A DNA stretch of 64,000 nucleotides from Coriobacteriia bacterium. Its GTDB lineage: Bacteria > Actinomycetota > Coriobacteriia > Anaerosomatales > PHET01. Below are positions 54,927 to 64,000 of this stretch, one piece after another. Numbering within the stretch: position 1 is the stretch's first letter; each line of letters begins with the position of its first letter. The stretch is from NCBI GenBank assembly GCA_035687245.1, contig DASRYH010000008.1:180138-244137 (forward strand), given 5' to 3'. The notes below the pieces were generated by a model that was given only the letters and a program-made list of their open reading frames with translations, ran no database searches and was not told where the DNA came from. The translations under genes were made by a program, and so were the position numbers.

Positions 54927-56270
54927 CTACTCTGCCGCGTCCTCGCTCGATTCGGCATCAACCTCGTCGGGCGCTTGGAAGTCCCTGTAGTAGGCCGCGA
55001 TCTCCGGTGATGCCTGCAGAATCAGCTGTGTGCCATCTGGGGTGTGACGCTCGGCCACGACCTGCGCCTTTTCGTGCGCGAGCTGCACCAGGTCTCCACG
55101 CGTGTAAGGGACCAGAGCGCTGACGGAGACAGAACCGCGCACAGCCTCTTCGGCGATTCGTGTTTGCACTTCACCTATGCCGTCGCCGTTGAGTGCCGAA
55201 CAGAAGACCGCCCCCGGATAGCGCCGCGCCAAGGCCGCGCGATCAATCTCATCGAGCGTGTCGGCCTTGTTGAAGACCGTAAGCGACGGCTTGCCTGTGG
55301 CGCCGATCTCCGCCAGTACCTCGCGTACGGCCTGCATCTGGGCTTCGCGCTGCGGCGCTCCGGCGTCGGTGACGTGCAGGAGCAAGTCGGCCTCGTTGAC
55401 CTCATCGAGCGTGGACTTGAACGCTTCCACAAGCCCGTGCGGCAGTTTGTTGATGAAACCGACGGTGTCGGTGACTGTGATCTGGCGGCCCTCAGGCAGC
55501 TCGAGCTTGCGGGTGGTGGAGTCGAGCGTAGCGAAGAGCATGTCTGCCGAAAGGACGCCCGCGCCCGTGAGAGCGTTCAGAAGCGTCGATTTCCCCGCGT
55601 TGGTGTATCCGACCAAGGCGATGCGGAAGACGCCTGAACGGGCGCGACGTTTGCGCTGAAGGTGGCGCTCGGACGACACAGCCTCCAGTAGCTTGCGCAA
55701 CTCGGCGATTCTTCGGCGGGCCATACGACGGTCGGTCTCAAGCTGAGACTCGCCCGCGCCGAATCGCGTGCCGCGTCCGCCGCCAAGGCGCTCCTTCTCG
55801 AGGTGCCCCCACATGCCACGCAGCCTCGGCAGGATGTACTCCTGTTGGGCGAGCTCTACCTGCAGCTTGCCCTCGCGGGTCACCGCGTGCATGGCGAAGA
55901 TCTCGAGGATGAGCGCGGTGCGGTCGATGATGCGCGTCTCAGGGAGCATCTTCTCGATGTTGAGCTGCTGGGAGGGCGTGAGCTCGTCGTCGAAGATGAC
56001 GAGGTTGGCGCCCAGTTCCTTGGCGGTATCGGCAACCTCCTGAGCCTTGCCCGAGCCAATGAAGGTTCGCGGGTGCGGCCGGTCGAGCCGCTGAGAGATG
56101 ACCGAGATAACGTCGACCTCTGCCGTATCGGCCAGTCGCTCGAGCTCCGCTATCGACTCTTCAAGCGGCCAGTCCTCATTGCCTCGGTCGATGCCGACGA
56201 GCACCGCGACATCACGGTGCTCGAGGTGTTCTTCGCCAGTCTCTGGATATTTGCGCTCTCGTGGACTCAC
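54927..56270 (-). CDS. hflX: GTPase HflX
   Basis: The HflX N-domain is followed by the G-domain: GYTNAGKSTLLNALT, DTVGFI and NKAD. Confidence 0.9.
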   Translation of the reverse strand: MSPRERKYPETGEEHLEHRDVAVLVGIDRGNEDWPLEESIAELERLADTAEVDVISVISQRLDRPHPRTFIGSGKAQEVADTAKELGANLVIFDDELTPSQQLNIEKMLPETRIIDRTALILEIFAMHAVTREGKLQVELAQQEYILPRLRGMWGHLEKERLGGGRGTRFGAGESQLETDRRMARRRIAELRKLLEAVSSERHLQRKRRARSGVFRIALVGYTNAGKSTLLNALTGAGVLSADMLFATLDSTTRKLELPEGRQITVTDTVGFINKLPHGLVEAFKSTLDEVNEADLLLHVTDAGAPQREAQMQAVREVLAEIGATGKPSLTVFNKADTLDEIDRAALARRYPGAVFCSALNGDGIGEVQTRIAEEAVRGSVSVSALVPYTRGDLVQLAHEKAQVVAERHTPDGTQLILQASPEIAAYYRDFQAPDEVDAESSEDAAE

Positions 56271-56287
56271 GAAAGAGTATGTGCCCC

Positions 56288-57445
56288 TTAGAGGTTGGCC
56301 TTAATGCGCTCGAGGGCCTCAGCGAGGCGATCATCGGGCGTGGCCAGAGAGATTCGGATGTAGCCTTCGCCGTCAGGACCGTACGCGCTGCCGGCAGGCA
56401 TGATGACGTGCGCCTTCTCGAGCATAAGCGTGGCGAACTCCGCCGAAGTGTAGCCCTCGGGAACCGGGGCCCACACATAGATGGTGCCCTGCGACTTGCG
56501 CGCGTGGATGCCGACCTCGGCGAGCGTGGTGAGCACCATGTCGCGACGGCGCTGGTAGAGCGCGCTCATCTCGGCGACGTCGTCCTGCGGGCCAAGCATG
56601 GCCTCGATGGCGGCGTCCTGGATGGCGGTGAAGATGCCGGAGTCGATGTTGCTCTTGACCGTGCCAAGCGCCTTGATGGCCTCAGCGTTGCCGGCGGCGA
56701 AAGCGACACGCCAGCCGGTCATGTTGTAGGCCTTCGACATCGAGAAGAGCTCGATCGCTACGTCCTTAGCACCGGGGCGCTCGAGGATCGAAGGAGCCTT
56801 GTAGCCGTCGAAGCTGATCTCGGAGTAGGCGTGATCGTGTACCAGCAGCAGGTCGTGCTGCTTGGCGAACGCGATAGCGCGGTCGAAATACTCGACAGGC
56901 GCGGCGACCGCAGACGGGTTGTTGGGGTAGCTGATGAACATCATCTTGGCCTTGGCGAGCACGTCGGCCGGGGTGGCTTCGAAGTCAGCGAGCCAGTCGT
57001 TGCCCTCGTTCATCGGCATGTAGTGCACATTCGCGTCGATCAGGATGGCACCCGTGGTGTACACCGGATAGCCCACACCCGGGGCAAGAACGTAGTCGCC
57101 CGTGTCCACGAAGGCCGGGAAGAGGTGCGCGATGCCCTCCTTCGAGCCGATCATGGCGACGACCTCGGTGTTCGGGTCGACGCTGACTCCGAAGCGGCGG
57201 TTCAGCCACTCGGAGCAGGCCTCACGGTACGGCTTGGAGCCGGCGTAGGCCGGGTACTGGTGATTCTTGGGGTTCTCGATCGCCTTGTGCATGGCGTCGA
57301 TGATGCGCTGTGGCGTGGGCCGGTCGGGGTCACCGATACCAAGCGAGATGACGTCGGCGCCCTGAGCCTGCAGCGCCTCCTTCTTGCGGTCGATCTCGGC
57401 GAACAGATACGGCGGCAGGTTCTCCATACGCTTGGCGGTTCTCAC
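56288..57445 (-). CDS. dapL: LL-diaminopimelate aminotransferase (DapL-type)
   Basis: ENLPPYLFAEIDRKK...ISLGIGDPDRPTP and SMSKAYNMTGWR (PLP Lys) are the DapL motifs. It is adjacent to dapF. Confidence 0.8.
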   Translation of the reverse strand: MRTAKRMENLPPYLFAEIDRKKEALQAQGADVISLGIGDPDRPTPQRIIDAMHKAIENPKNHQYPAYAGSKPYREACSEWLNRRFGVSVDPNTEVVAMIGSKEGIAHLFPAFVDTGDYVLAPGVGYPVYTTGAILIDANVHYMPMNEGNDWLADFEATPADVLAKAKMMFISYPNNPSAVAAPVEYFDRAIAFAKQHDLLLVHDHAYSEISFDGYKAPSILERPGAKDVAIELFSMSKAYNMTGWRVAFAAGNAEAIKALGTVKSNIDSGIFTAIQDAAIEAMLGPQDDVAEMSALYQRRRDMVLTTLAEVGIHARKSQGTIYVWAPVPEGYTSAEFATLMLEKAHVIMPAGSAYGPDGEGYIRISLATPDDRLAEALERIKANL

Positions 57446-57591
57446 GAAGCTTCTCTCCCCTATGTCCGGGTGGTCGTGACGGCCTCACGGGGCCGCGCGT
57501 TGCAAGACATCCTAGCACTGAGCAAGCGCTGCGCGGGTAGCCAGCGCGCTACTTCTTGCGAATGGGTGACGAAGGCCTGCCGAAGGGTGGC

Positions 57592-58470
57592 TCAGGCGTC
57601 GTCTTCCGGGATTGTGACGGTGCCGGAGAAGGACTCGGCCGCAGGACCGGTCATGTAAACGTGGTTGTCCTCGGCCCAGCGAATCTGAAGATCTCCACCC
57701 GGCAGCTCGACGGTGGCCTCGCGACCGATTCGGCAGGTGAGAGCGGCGGCGACGGTCGTCGCACACGCCCCGGTACCGCAGGCCAGCGTCTCTCCGCAGC
57801 CCCGTTCCCACACGCGCAGGCGGATGAGATCATCAGCCACTACCTGCGCGAACTCGACGTTGGTCTTGTTCGGAAACGCCGGATGGGTCTCGATAATGGG
57901 GCCGACGGTGTGCACCGGCGCGTCGTCGACATCGTCTACGAAGATGACGCAGTGCGGGTTACCCATCGAGACGGGCGTAACGTCGAAGGTGCCTACCTCG
58001 GTCTCGAGGGGACATGCCACGACCATGTCTTCGTTCGTGCCGCACCGCATGGCGGTCGGGATGGCTGCCGGGCTCAGAGTGGGCTCGCCCATGTCGACGG
58101 TGGCGAAGGCAAGGGTGCCGTCGTAGTCGCGGGTCACTTGGATGGTAAGCACGCCAATGAGTGTCTCCACGCGCACGACGTCCTGATCGGCCGCCACCAG
58201 ACCTCGATCGACGAGGTACTTGGCGAAGCAGCGGATGCCGTTGCCGCACATCTCGGCCACCGAGCCGTCGGCGTTGCGGAACCACCAAGCGAAGTCGGCA
58301 TCTGAGAGGGTGGCAGGACGTACGAGCATCAGCCCGTCGGCGCCGATGCCGAAGTGGCGATCGCAAAGCCAGATGACGGCCTCTTCTGAGAAGTCGAGAT
58401 CGAAGCTGAGATCGTCGATGACTACGAAGTCGTTGCCCAGGCCATGCATCTTGGTGAAGTTCAGTTCCAT
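57592..58470 (-). CDS. dapF: Diaminopimelate epimerase
   Basis: FTKMHGLGNDFVVID is followed by the two catalytic Cys contexts MCGNGIRC and ACGTGACA. The start is a TGATG overlap with the miaA stop. Confidence 0.9.
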   Translation of the reverse strand: MELNFTKMHGLGNDFVVIDDLSFDLDFSEEAVIWLCDRHFGIGADGLMLVRPATLSDADFAWWFRNADGSVAEMCGNGIRCFAKYLVDRGLVAADQDVVRVETLIGVLTIQVTRDYDGTLAFATVDMGEPTLSPAAIPTAMRCGTNEDMVVACPLETEVGTFDVTPVSMGNPHCVIFVDDVDDAPVHTVGPIIETHPAFPNKTNVEFAQVVADDLIRLRVWERGCGETLACGTGACATTVAAALTCRIGREATVELPGGDLQIRWAEDNHVYMTGPAAESFSGTVTIPEDDA

Positions 58471-59480
58471 CAGCCGGCGTCCTCCGCAAAACAGCGCTTG
58501 TCGTGGCCACATTCTATCGCAGCAAGCGCGGCCTCCGCGGCTTGCTCAAACGTCAGGTCGGTAACATCGATCCAGCGGACGCGCTCATCGGACCTGAGCC
58601 ACGTGAGCTGGCGCTTGGCGTACCGGCGGGTGGACTGCTTGATCTCGTCGACCGCGTCCGACAGTTCTCGGGCGCCTTCGAGCACCGGGACAAGCTCCTT
58701 GTAGCCGATCGCGTACTGGGCCGTGATGCCTGCACGCAAGCCGGCCTCGAGCAGGCAACGTACCTCGTCAAGAAGCCCGGCCGCGAGCATCTCATCCACG
58801 CGAGCATTGATGCGTTGGTAGAGGGCCTCGCGCTCCATCGTCAGGCCGATGACAGAGACGTCGTAGAGGCTTTCACGCGATGCGAAACCAGCGTGCTGGT
58901 CAGCGTAAGACACTCCCTGTTCGAGCATTTCAAGCGCGCGAACGACCCGGCGCACGTTGTTTGGGTGGATGAGCTCGGCCGATCGAGGGTCTTTATCCCT
59001 CAAGTAGAGGTGCAGGCCGTCTGCGCCCAGCTCATCGGCCAGCTGCTCCAGACGCTCACGCACGGGGTTGTCGACCTGCTCGCCCGCCGGGAACTCCCAC
59101 GGGTCCAAGAGCGCGCGAACGTACATCCCGGTGCCCCCGACGACAACGGGTAGCTTGCCCCGGGAAGCGATGTCGGCGATCGCGGCTCTGCCTGCGCGCT
59201 GGTAGAGCGCCGCCGAATAGGCGTCTCCGGGTTCCGCAAGGTCGATGCAGTGGTACGGGACACGGCGCTCCGCGGATGGCGTCTTGGCGGTTCCGATGTC
59301 CATGCCGCGATACACCTGCATGGAGTCTGCTGAAACGATCTCGCCGCCTAGGCGAACGGCGATATGTTCAGCGAGCGCGCTCTTGCCGACCGCAGTCGGA
59401 CCCACGACGGCAACCACGCGCACGCTGCGGTGGTGAGAACCGTGGTCTTGGGAAATGTTGGGCTCGCTCGGTGAACTCAT
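58470..59480 (-). CDS. miaA: tRNA dimethylallyltransferase
   Basis: The product shows VVGPTAVGKSALA, VGGTGMY and RRYAKRQLTW. Confidence 0.9.
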   Translation of the reverse strand: MSSPSEPNISQDHGSHHRSVRVVAVVGPTAVGKSALAEHIAVRLGGEIVSADSMQVYRGMDIGTAKTPSAERRVPYHCIDLAEPGDAYSAALYQRAGRAAIADIASRGKLPVVVGGTGMYVRALLDPWEFPAGEQVDNPVRERLEQLADELGADGLHLYLRDKDPRSAELIHPNNVRRVVRALEMLEQGVSYADQHAGFASRESLYDVSVIGLTMEREALYQRINARVDEMLAAGLLDEVRCLLEAGLRAGITAQYAIGYKELVPVLEGARELSDAVDEIKQSTRRYAKRQLTWLRSDERVRWIDVTDLTFEQAAEAALAAIECGHDKRCFAEDAG

Positions 59481-59483
59481 GCG

Positions 59484-60854
59484 CTAAGTGTAGCGGTCTA
59501 CCTTGAATCGCTCGTACTCGACCGGCTCTTCCGGCGCGATCCCCGCCTTCGAACGGGCGATTCGCACCTGTGTCTCAACGTCGTCTATACCCTCAAGGTC
59601 GGGCAGTAGGAGGCCTCGACGATGCCCGTTGGTGACGATTACGCCGTACGTAGAGGGATCGAGGTCCTCTAGCCGAGCTGGCTCTGGGGCGTGAAGGACG
59701 TCCACCTTGACGTCGAGAAGGTCGAGCTCTGACTCTGAGACGGGATCGAATCGCGGATCCTGCGTGGCCGCGGCGATGGCGTTTCCAATCACCTCATCGG
59801 CCAACGTGGCCCGCGTCGGCGCGATAGTGCCTATGCAGCCGCGGAGTCCCTCGCCCTCATGAAGTGACACGAACGCTCCGGCACGCTGGGGGTAGTTGCC
59901 CTTCAGGACCGGCTTCGGCAGCGGACCGCCGGTGACGTATGCCTCGATGGTGGCTCGCGCCAACCGGACTATGTCGCTCTCTTCGCCGCCCGGCGAACCC
60001 GCCTTGGTGCCACTCTCAAGGACTCCCGCACGCTGCGCAGCGTCCAAGCCCGCCGCGCCGGCGATACCAACCAGGTAGCCCACGCCCCACGGGCCTTCAT
60101 AGGACATCACCGCGGTGGGCACCGGGTCCGGACCGCAGAAGCCACTCATCGCGATGAAGGAGCGCAGCCCGCACTCCCCTCCCGCCTCGACGAGGTCCGG
60201 GCCGATGTCGGAGAGCTCCTGGAGCGTACCCGCAGTCACCAGCGCGACGATCTTCGCATCGAGTTCGCTGCCGCGCTCAGAGAAGCCAGCGGGCGAGTCC
60301 CGCTTCAGACGGTGTGACAGGTCTCCGCTGGCCACGAAGACCACGCGGCGTCCCAGCCGTTCGGCAGCGGAACGTACTGCCATGCCGATCGAGCGGTGTT
60401 CTGGATACGGCACGTAGGACAGCGAGATGACCACGAGCTTGTTGACGTGATCGGGGTCGATGAAGCTGAGCGGCACGAGCGAACCGTGGTCCAGCCACCC
60501 GGCCCGCAGACGCGCATCGTGGCTGCGGGCAAGTGACGCGGTTCCTGAAGCCGCGAGGTCTTCGGCGATCGCCTGTGAGAGCGCAGGATCGCCGGCAAAG
60601 ACGTGCGCCACGGAGTCGCCGAAGTCCGAGAGAGAGCCACGGAGGTGCGACGAGTCGTCGATAACGATCGCATCGGCGAGCGCAGGCGCGTGCGGGGACA
60701 TCAGCACCAGAGTGTCGGGCTCAAACGTCTCGATGGCGCGACGAACCGAGTCAAGCGCGCGAATCGTAACTAGAGCGGGTTCTCGGCGTGAACCACCCAC
60801 TCCCGCCACGATGATTGGTGGATGCGGAGCGATGACGCCGAAGATGTCCGGCAT
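59484..60854 (-). CDS. Fusion protein: class III extradiol dioxygenase/Memo-like (LigB superfamily) domain + AMMECR1 domain
   Basis: The N-terminal half (GVIAPHPPIIV...LVLMSPHAP...FVASGDLSHRL) follows the LigB/Memo pattern. The C-terminal half (AGAFVSLHEGEGLRGCIGT...QDPRF...GLLLP) is the AMMECR1 signature. I prefer ATG 60854 as the start. Confidence 0.7.
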   Translation of the reverse strand: MPDIFGVIAPHPPIIVAGVGGSRREPALVTIRALDSVRRAIETFEPDTLVLMSPHAPALADAIVIDDSSHLRGSLSDFGDSVAHVFAGDPALSQAIAEDLAASGTASLARSHDARLRAGWLDHGSLVPLSFIDPDHVNKLVVISLSYVPYPEHRSIGMAVRSAAERLGRRVVFVASGDLSHRLKRDSPAGFSERGSELDAKIVALVTAGTLQELSDIGPDLVEAGGECGLRSFIAMSGFCGPDPVPTAVMSYEGPWGVGYLVGIAGAAGLDAAQRAGVLESGTKAGSPGGEESDIVRLARATIEAYVTGGPLPKPVLKGNYPQRAGAFVSLHEGEGLRGCIGTIAPTRATLADEVIGNAIAAATQDPRFDPVSESELDLLDVKVDVLHAPEPARLEDLDPSTYGVIVTNGHRRGLLLPDLEGIDDVETQVRIARSKAGIAPEEPVEYERFKVDRYT

Positions 60855-60978
60855 CGGCGAGACCCCCTCTTGGCCAGCTACCTTTCCGCTGGAGAATGTA
60901 CCCTTTTCTCGAAGTCGAGCAGCTGAGGCGAGTTCTACCGCACGTGCCCGTCGACACACGTTGTCGCAGGCCGTTGGG

Positions 60979-62310
60979 CTACCCGGCGGCGAAGTGGCCG
61001 TTCACGAACCAGGTCTGCGCCTCATCGATGGTCACGTCGAGAATGCGTCCGGCAAACTCGTCGGCGCTGCGGCCTTCAGGAAGCGGAACGTGGACGACGC
61101 GGTTAGTGGGCGTGCGGCCCGTCAGCACGGAGTCGTCGCGCTTGCTCACGCTCTCGAAGAGCACCGGCTGCACGGTGCCGACCAGTGCCCTATTGGTGGC
61201 AAAGGCCGAGGCCTGGACGCGCTCCACGAGGCGGTCGAAGCGCTTCTGCACCAGCTCGCGGTCGACCTGTCCCTCCATCAAAGCGGCCGGCGTGCCTTCG
61301 CGAGGCGAGTAGATGAAGGTGAAGGCCTGCGTGTAGTCCACGCTATTGACCACGTCCATCGTCTCGTCGAAGTCCTCTTCGGTCTCGCCGGGGAAGCCAA
61401 CGATGATGTCGGTGGAGAGGGCGAGGTTCGGCACGCGGCTACGAAGCCGGCCCACCAGTGCCATGTAGTCGGCCTTCGAGTAGACGCGGTTCATCGCTTC
61501 AAGAATGCGATCGGAGCCGGACTGGAGCGGCAGGTGCAGGTAGGGCATGACGGCTGGAATCGTGGCCATCGCTTCGATGATGTCGTCCGAAAGGTCCTTC
61601 GGGTGGCTCGTGGCGAACCGGATGCGTGCGACACCGGCGTCGGCCACGGCTGCAAGTACCTTGGCGAAGTTGGGCTCACCGTAGAGGTCTCGCCCGTAGG
61701 AGTTCACGTTCTGTCCGAGCAGAGTCACCTCAAGTACGCCGTCGGCAACGAGCGAGGTGATCTCGTCGACGATGTCCTCGAGGGGCCTGGAGCGTTCACG
61801 GCCTCGCACGTAGGGCACGATGCAATAGGTGCAGAAGTTGTCGCAGCCCACGGTGATGGGAACCCAAGCATGCCACGGGTGCTCGCGCTGTGCGGGCAAG
61901 TCGGAGGTGAAGTCCGCGCTCTCCTTGAGTACCTCGACCTGAGATCGACGCTCAGAAGCCGCAGTCTCAAGCAGAGCCGGAAGGTGCGCCACATTATGAG
62001 TGCCGAAGACGACGTCGATGTGCGGGAGTTGCTCGAGGAGCGTCTGACCGTCGCGCTGGCCGATACACCCTCCCACCGCGATCAAGGGACCGACGTTGCC
62101 GGGGCCCTTAAGCACCTTGAGGCTTGCGACTTGGCCACGCAGGCGTTCGTCGGCGTTCTCACGAACGCAACACGTCATGAAGACGATCACATCGGCGTCT
62201 TCGGCAACTTCGACCGGTCGCAGACCACGGGCCTCAAGGCTTCCGGCGATGCGCTCCGAGTCGTGCTTGTTCATCTGGCACCCGAAGGTGCGGATCAGGT
62301 AGGTCTCCAT
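60979..62310 (-). CDS. miaB: tRNA-2-methylthio-N6-dimethylallyladenosine synthase
   Basis: YLIRTFGCQMNKHDSE is the UPF0004 domain. It is followed by the radical SAM motif GCDNFCTYCIVP and a TRAM C-terminus. Confidence 0.9.
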   Translation of the reverse strand: METYLIRTFGCQMNKHDSERIAGSLEARGLRPVEVAEDADVIVFMTCCVRENADERLRGQVASLKVLKGPGNVGPLIAVGGCIGQRDGQTLLEQLPHIDVVFGTHNVAHLPALLETAASERRSQVEVLKESADFTSDLPAQREHPWHAWVPITVGCDNFCTYCIVPYVRGRERSRPLEDIVDEITSLVADGVLEVTLLGQNVNSYGRDLYGEPNFAKVLAAVADAGVARIRFATSHPKDLSDDIIEAMATIPAVMPYLHLPLQSGSDRILEAMNRVYSKADYMALVGRLRSRVPNLALSTDIIVGFPGETEEDFDETMDVVNSVDYTQAFTFIYSPREGTPAALMEGQVDRELVQKRFDRLVERVQASAFATNRALVGTVQPVLFESVSKRDDSVLTGRTPTNRVVHVPLPEGRSADEFAGRILDVTIDEAQTWFVNGHFAAG

Positions 62311-62350
62311 AGGCCAGCGAGTGTAGCACGCGTCATGCCCGAATCGTGCC

Positions 62351-63169
62351 CTACGACGCGCGCGTCCAGCGCACAATTCGCTCCACGACCGCGGAGGGTA
62401 CTACGACGTCCCCAATGTAGGGATTTGGCGCCGAAGGACCATGGAAGTCGGTGCCTCCACTGGTGAGCAGCGCATGCTCCTCGGCGTATCTGGCGAAGAG
62501 GGCGCGCTGCTCCGCCGTGTGGTCGGCGTGATATGCCTCGATGCCGTCGATCCCCGCCTCGAGGAGCGTGTCGAAGTGCGCAGGAACGTCGCCGATGCCC
62601 GGATGCGCGACGATCGCCACTCCCCCAGCGCCGTGTATCAGCTGAACGGCTTCTGCGGCCGTCTGAGCCTCTTTCGGTACGTAGAATGGCTTCCCTCTGC
62701 CTATGAAGCGGTCGAACGCTTCGTGGACGTCCACGGCGTGCCCGGCCGCGACAAGAGCGCGGGCGATATGGCTGCGTCCCACCGAGCCCCCATCAGAGTA
62801 GAGCAGGACCTCGTCGATATTCACCGCGAAGCCGGCCTCCGTCAGGGTTCTCACGAGCAGTTCGGCCCTACGTAGACGCGCGTTCTTGAGGAGCTCCAGA
62901 CGCTCAAGCAGGTGCGGGTCTTGGATGTCGACGTGGAATCCGAGGATATGGACGTCGGCGTCGTCGATCACGCAGGAGAGTTCCACAGCCGGAATCAGGC
63001 GTAGCGAGGTGGGTTCGGCTGCGGCGAGTGCCTCTCGTTGACCTGCGACAGTGTCGTGGTCGGCGATGGCGATCACGTCGAGTTCAGCGGCGAGCGCCGC
63101 GGCGACAAGCTCCGATGGCGTGAACGTCCCATCCGACGCGGTGGAGTGGACGTGGAGGTCGCCCTTCAT
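62351..63169 (-). CDS. PHP domain metal-dependent phosphoesterase (TrpH/YciV-like)
   Basis: The product shows GDLHVHSTASDG, IAIADHD, VAHP and GTDFHG. Confidence 0.8.
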   Translation of the reverse strand: MKGDLHVHSTASDGTFTPSELVAAALAAELDVIAIADHDTVAGQREALAAAEPTSLRLIPAVELSCVIDDADVHILGFHVDIQDPHLLERLELLKNARLRRAELLVRTLTEAGFAVNIDEVLLYSDGGSVGRSHIARALVAAGHAVDVHEAFDRFIGRGKPFYVPKEAQTAAEAVQLIHGAGGVAIVAHPGIGDVPAHFDTLLEAGIDGIEAYHADHTAEQRALFARYAEEHALLTSGGTDFHGPSAPNPYIGDVVVPSAVVERIVRWTRAS

Positions 63170-63175
63170 GACCGG

Positions 63176-63448
63176 CTAGCGATGCATGTCCCGCGGCTCC
63201 ACAAGCAGCCTGATGGCGGTGCGCTCTTCGCCGTTGATCTCGATATCAGCGAAGGCTGGGACGCAGGTGAGTTCGATGCCGGACGGAGCGATGAAGCCAC
63301 GCGCGATCGCGATGGCTTTGACAGCTTGGTTGAGCGCGCCTGCGCCAACGGTCTGCACCTCGACTGCGCCCTGCTCACGGACGATGCCCGCGAGCGCGCC
63401 CGCAACGGAGTTGGGGTTGGACTTACTCGAGACTTTGAGGACTTCCAT
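63176..63448 (-). CDS. spoVS: SpoVS family protein
   Basis: MEVLKVSSKSNPNSVAGALAGIVRE...VGAGALNQAVKAIAIARGF is a near-canonical SpoVS sequence. GGGAGAG lies upstream of ATG 63448. Confidence 0.85.
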   Translation of the reverse strand: MEVLKVSSKSNPNSVAGALAGIVREQGAVEVQTVGAGALNQAVKAIAIARGFIAPSGIELTCVPAFADIEINGEERTAIRLLVEPRDMHR

Positions 63449-63578
63449 GTCTCTCCCTGTTGTGATGTTGCTTCGGGCCACATGCACGGTGTGGCGGCTA
63501 CGTGTGTGCTGGAGCTGCTGGTTACTAAATCGGTACCTGAGGCGCAGTACTGAAGTATACAGCGAGCGATTCTGTCAG

Positions 63579-63995
63579 TCAGTCTTCCTTCTCCACGTCG
63601 AAACGCACGCGAATCTCGTCTTTGCCGACTGTGATCTTGGGCTCGCACTTCAGGTGCAGGTAGTAGCGTTCGGCAAGCTGATCGAAGGCCGACTCGAGTT
63701 CGGTACGGAACTGCTGAAGGTCCGTGTGGTGGATCTTCAGGCCCCGCCGGTCCTTGTAGATGTCGGGTGAAACGGCCTCGGGAACGGCCACAACCTGACC
63801 TGTCACCTTCTTGAGCACCGGCGCCAATGGCACGACCTCGCCGGCAAGAATCCGGTGCACGGTGCGCTCCGAGACCGGCAGCCCGATGCTCTCGGCGGTG
63901 TGAATGAGCTCCGAGGTGTCTGCTGCAGCGCCAGGGCGCTGCCAGACGGGCAGGCGGGCCGTGTCCTCACAGAAGAGCAGGTCCGACTCGGCCAT
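63579..63995 (-). CDS. Hypothetical protein (may continue beyond the window edge)
   Basis: The ORF has plausible composition and I recognise no motif. Only 5 nt of upstream sequence are available. Confidence 0.3.
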   Translation of the reverse strand: MAESDLLFCEDTARLPVWQRPGAAADTSELIHTAESIGLPVSERTVHRILAGEVVPLAPVLKKVTGQVVAVPEAVSPDIYKDRRGLKIHHTDLQQFRTELESAFDQLAERYYLHLKCEPKITVGKDEIRVRFDVEKED

Positions 63996-64000
63996 CTCAA

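Noticed and set aside
56261-57658. 465-aa plus-strand ORF
   Set aside because: It is antisense to dapL and the end of dapF. Its Arg/Asp/Val/Gly-rich composition is typical of a shadow frame.
60460-62466. 668-aa plus-strand ORF
   Set aside because: It is antisense to miaB and the AMMECR1 fusion gene, both of which have strong motifs. It has no motifs of its own.

Overview
High-GC chromosome segment with about 70 genes. Hand counts of a few 60-nt lines gave roughly 60-68% GC in the core. No searches were run; every call rests on motifs read from the supplied translations and the DNA.

Gene order suggests an actinobacterial-type genome: gcvH / FHA protein / MerR regulator, and miaB-miaA-dapF-hflX ... 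lexA / LysM gene / nrdR. The metabolism looks anaerobic (indolepyruvate:ferredoxin oxidoreductase, ADP-forming acyl-CoA synthetase, two phenylacetate-CoA ligases, DapL, SpoVS). This lineage assignment is an inference.

The window splits in two.

1. nt 1-9013 is a lower-GC accessory island (about 50-53% in four spot-counted lines). It abuts a tRNA-Pro(GGG) gene at 9014-9090.
- It carries a tyrosine integrase, an Xis-like HTH, a RecA-like AAA ATPase, a stand-alone HNH nuclease and a hypothetical gene.
- At its left side is a tightly translationally coupled four-gene operon that I cannot match to any named system. It encodes a DndD-like SMC/ABC ATPase (5' end outside the window), a small possibly DndE-like protein, a B12-binding-domain radical SAM enzyme, and a protein of about 816-824 aa. 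That large protein is built from two tandem RNA-polymerase alpha-CTD-like modules, a sigma-70 region 4.2-like HTH and an unassigned C-terminal half of about 400 aa.
- This operon is my lead candidate for an undescribed DNA-modification or defence system.

2. nt 9100-64000 is core genome.
- Lipid genes: DegV, a DAG-kinase-family kinase, pgsA, and a nucleotidyltransferase / aminotransferase-fold / CDP-alcohol transferase operon.
- Glycine cleavage: gcvT-H-PA-PB plus a lipoate ligase.
- Purine and pyrimidine salvage: hpt, apt, two NCS2 permeases, dut and a Nudix hydrolase.
- A 10-gene ior-ACT-liv-paaK operon.
- Cell-wall enzymes: VanW/G5, a PBP5-type carboxypeptidase and an NlpC/P60 hydrolase.
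- An SOS/nrdR region with three LexA boxes.
- The miaB / AMMECR1-fusion / miaA / dapF / dapL / hflX block.

No rRNA genes, CRISPR arrays or IS elements were seen.
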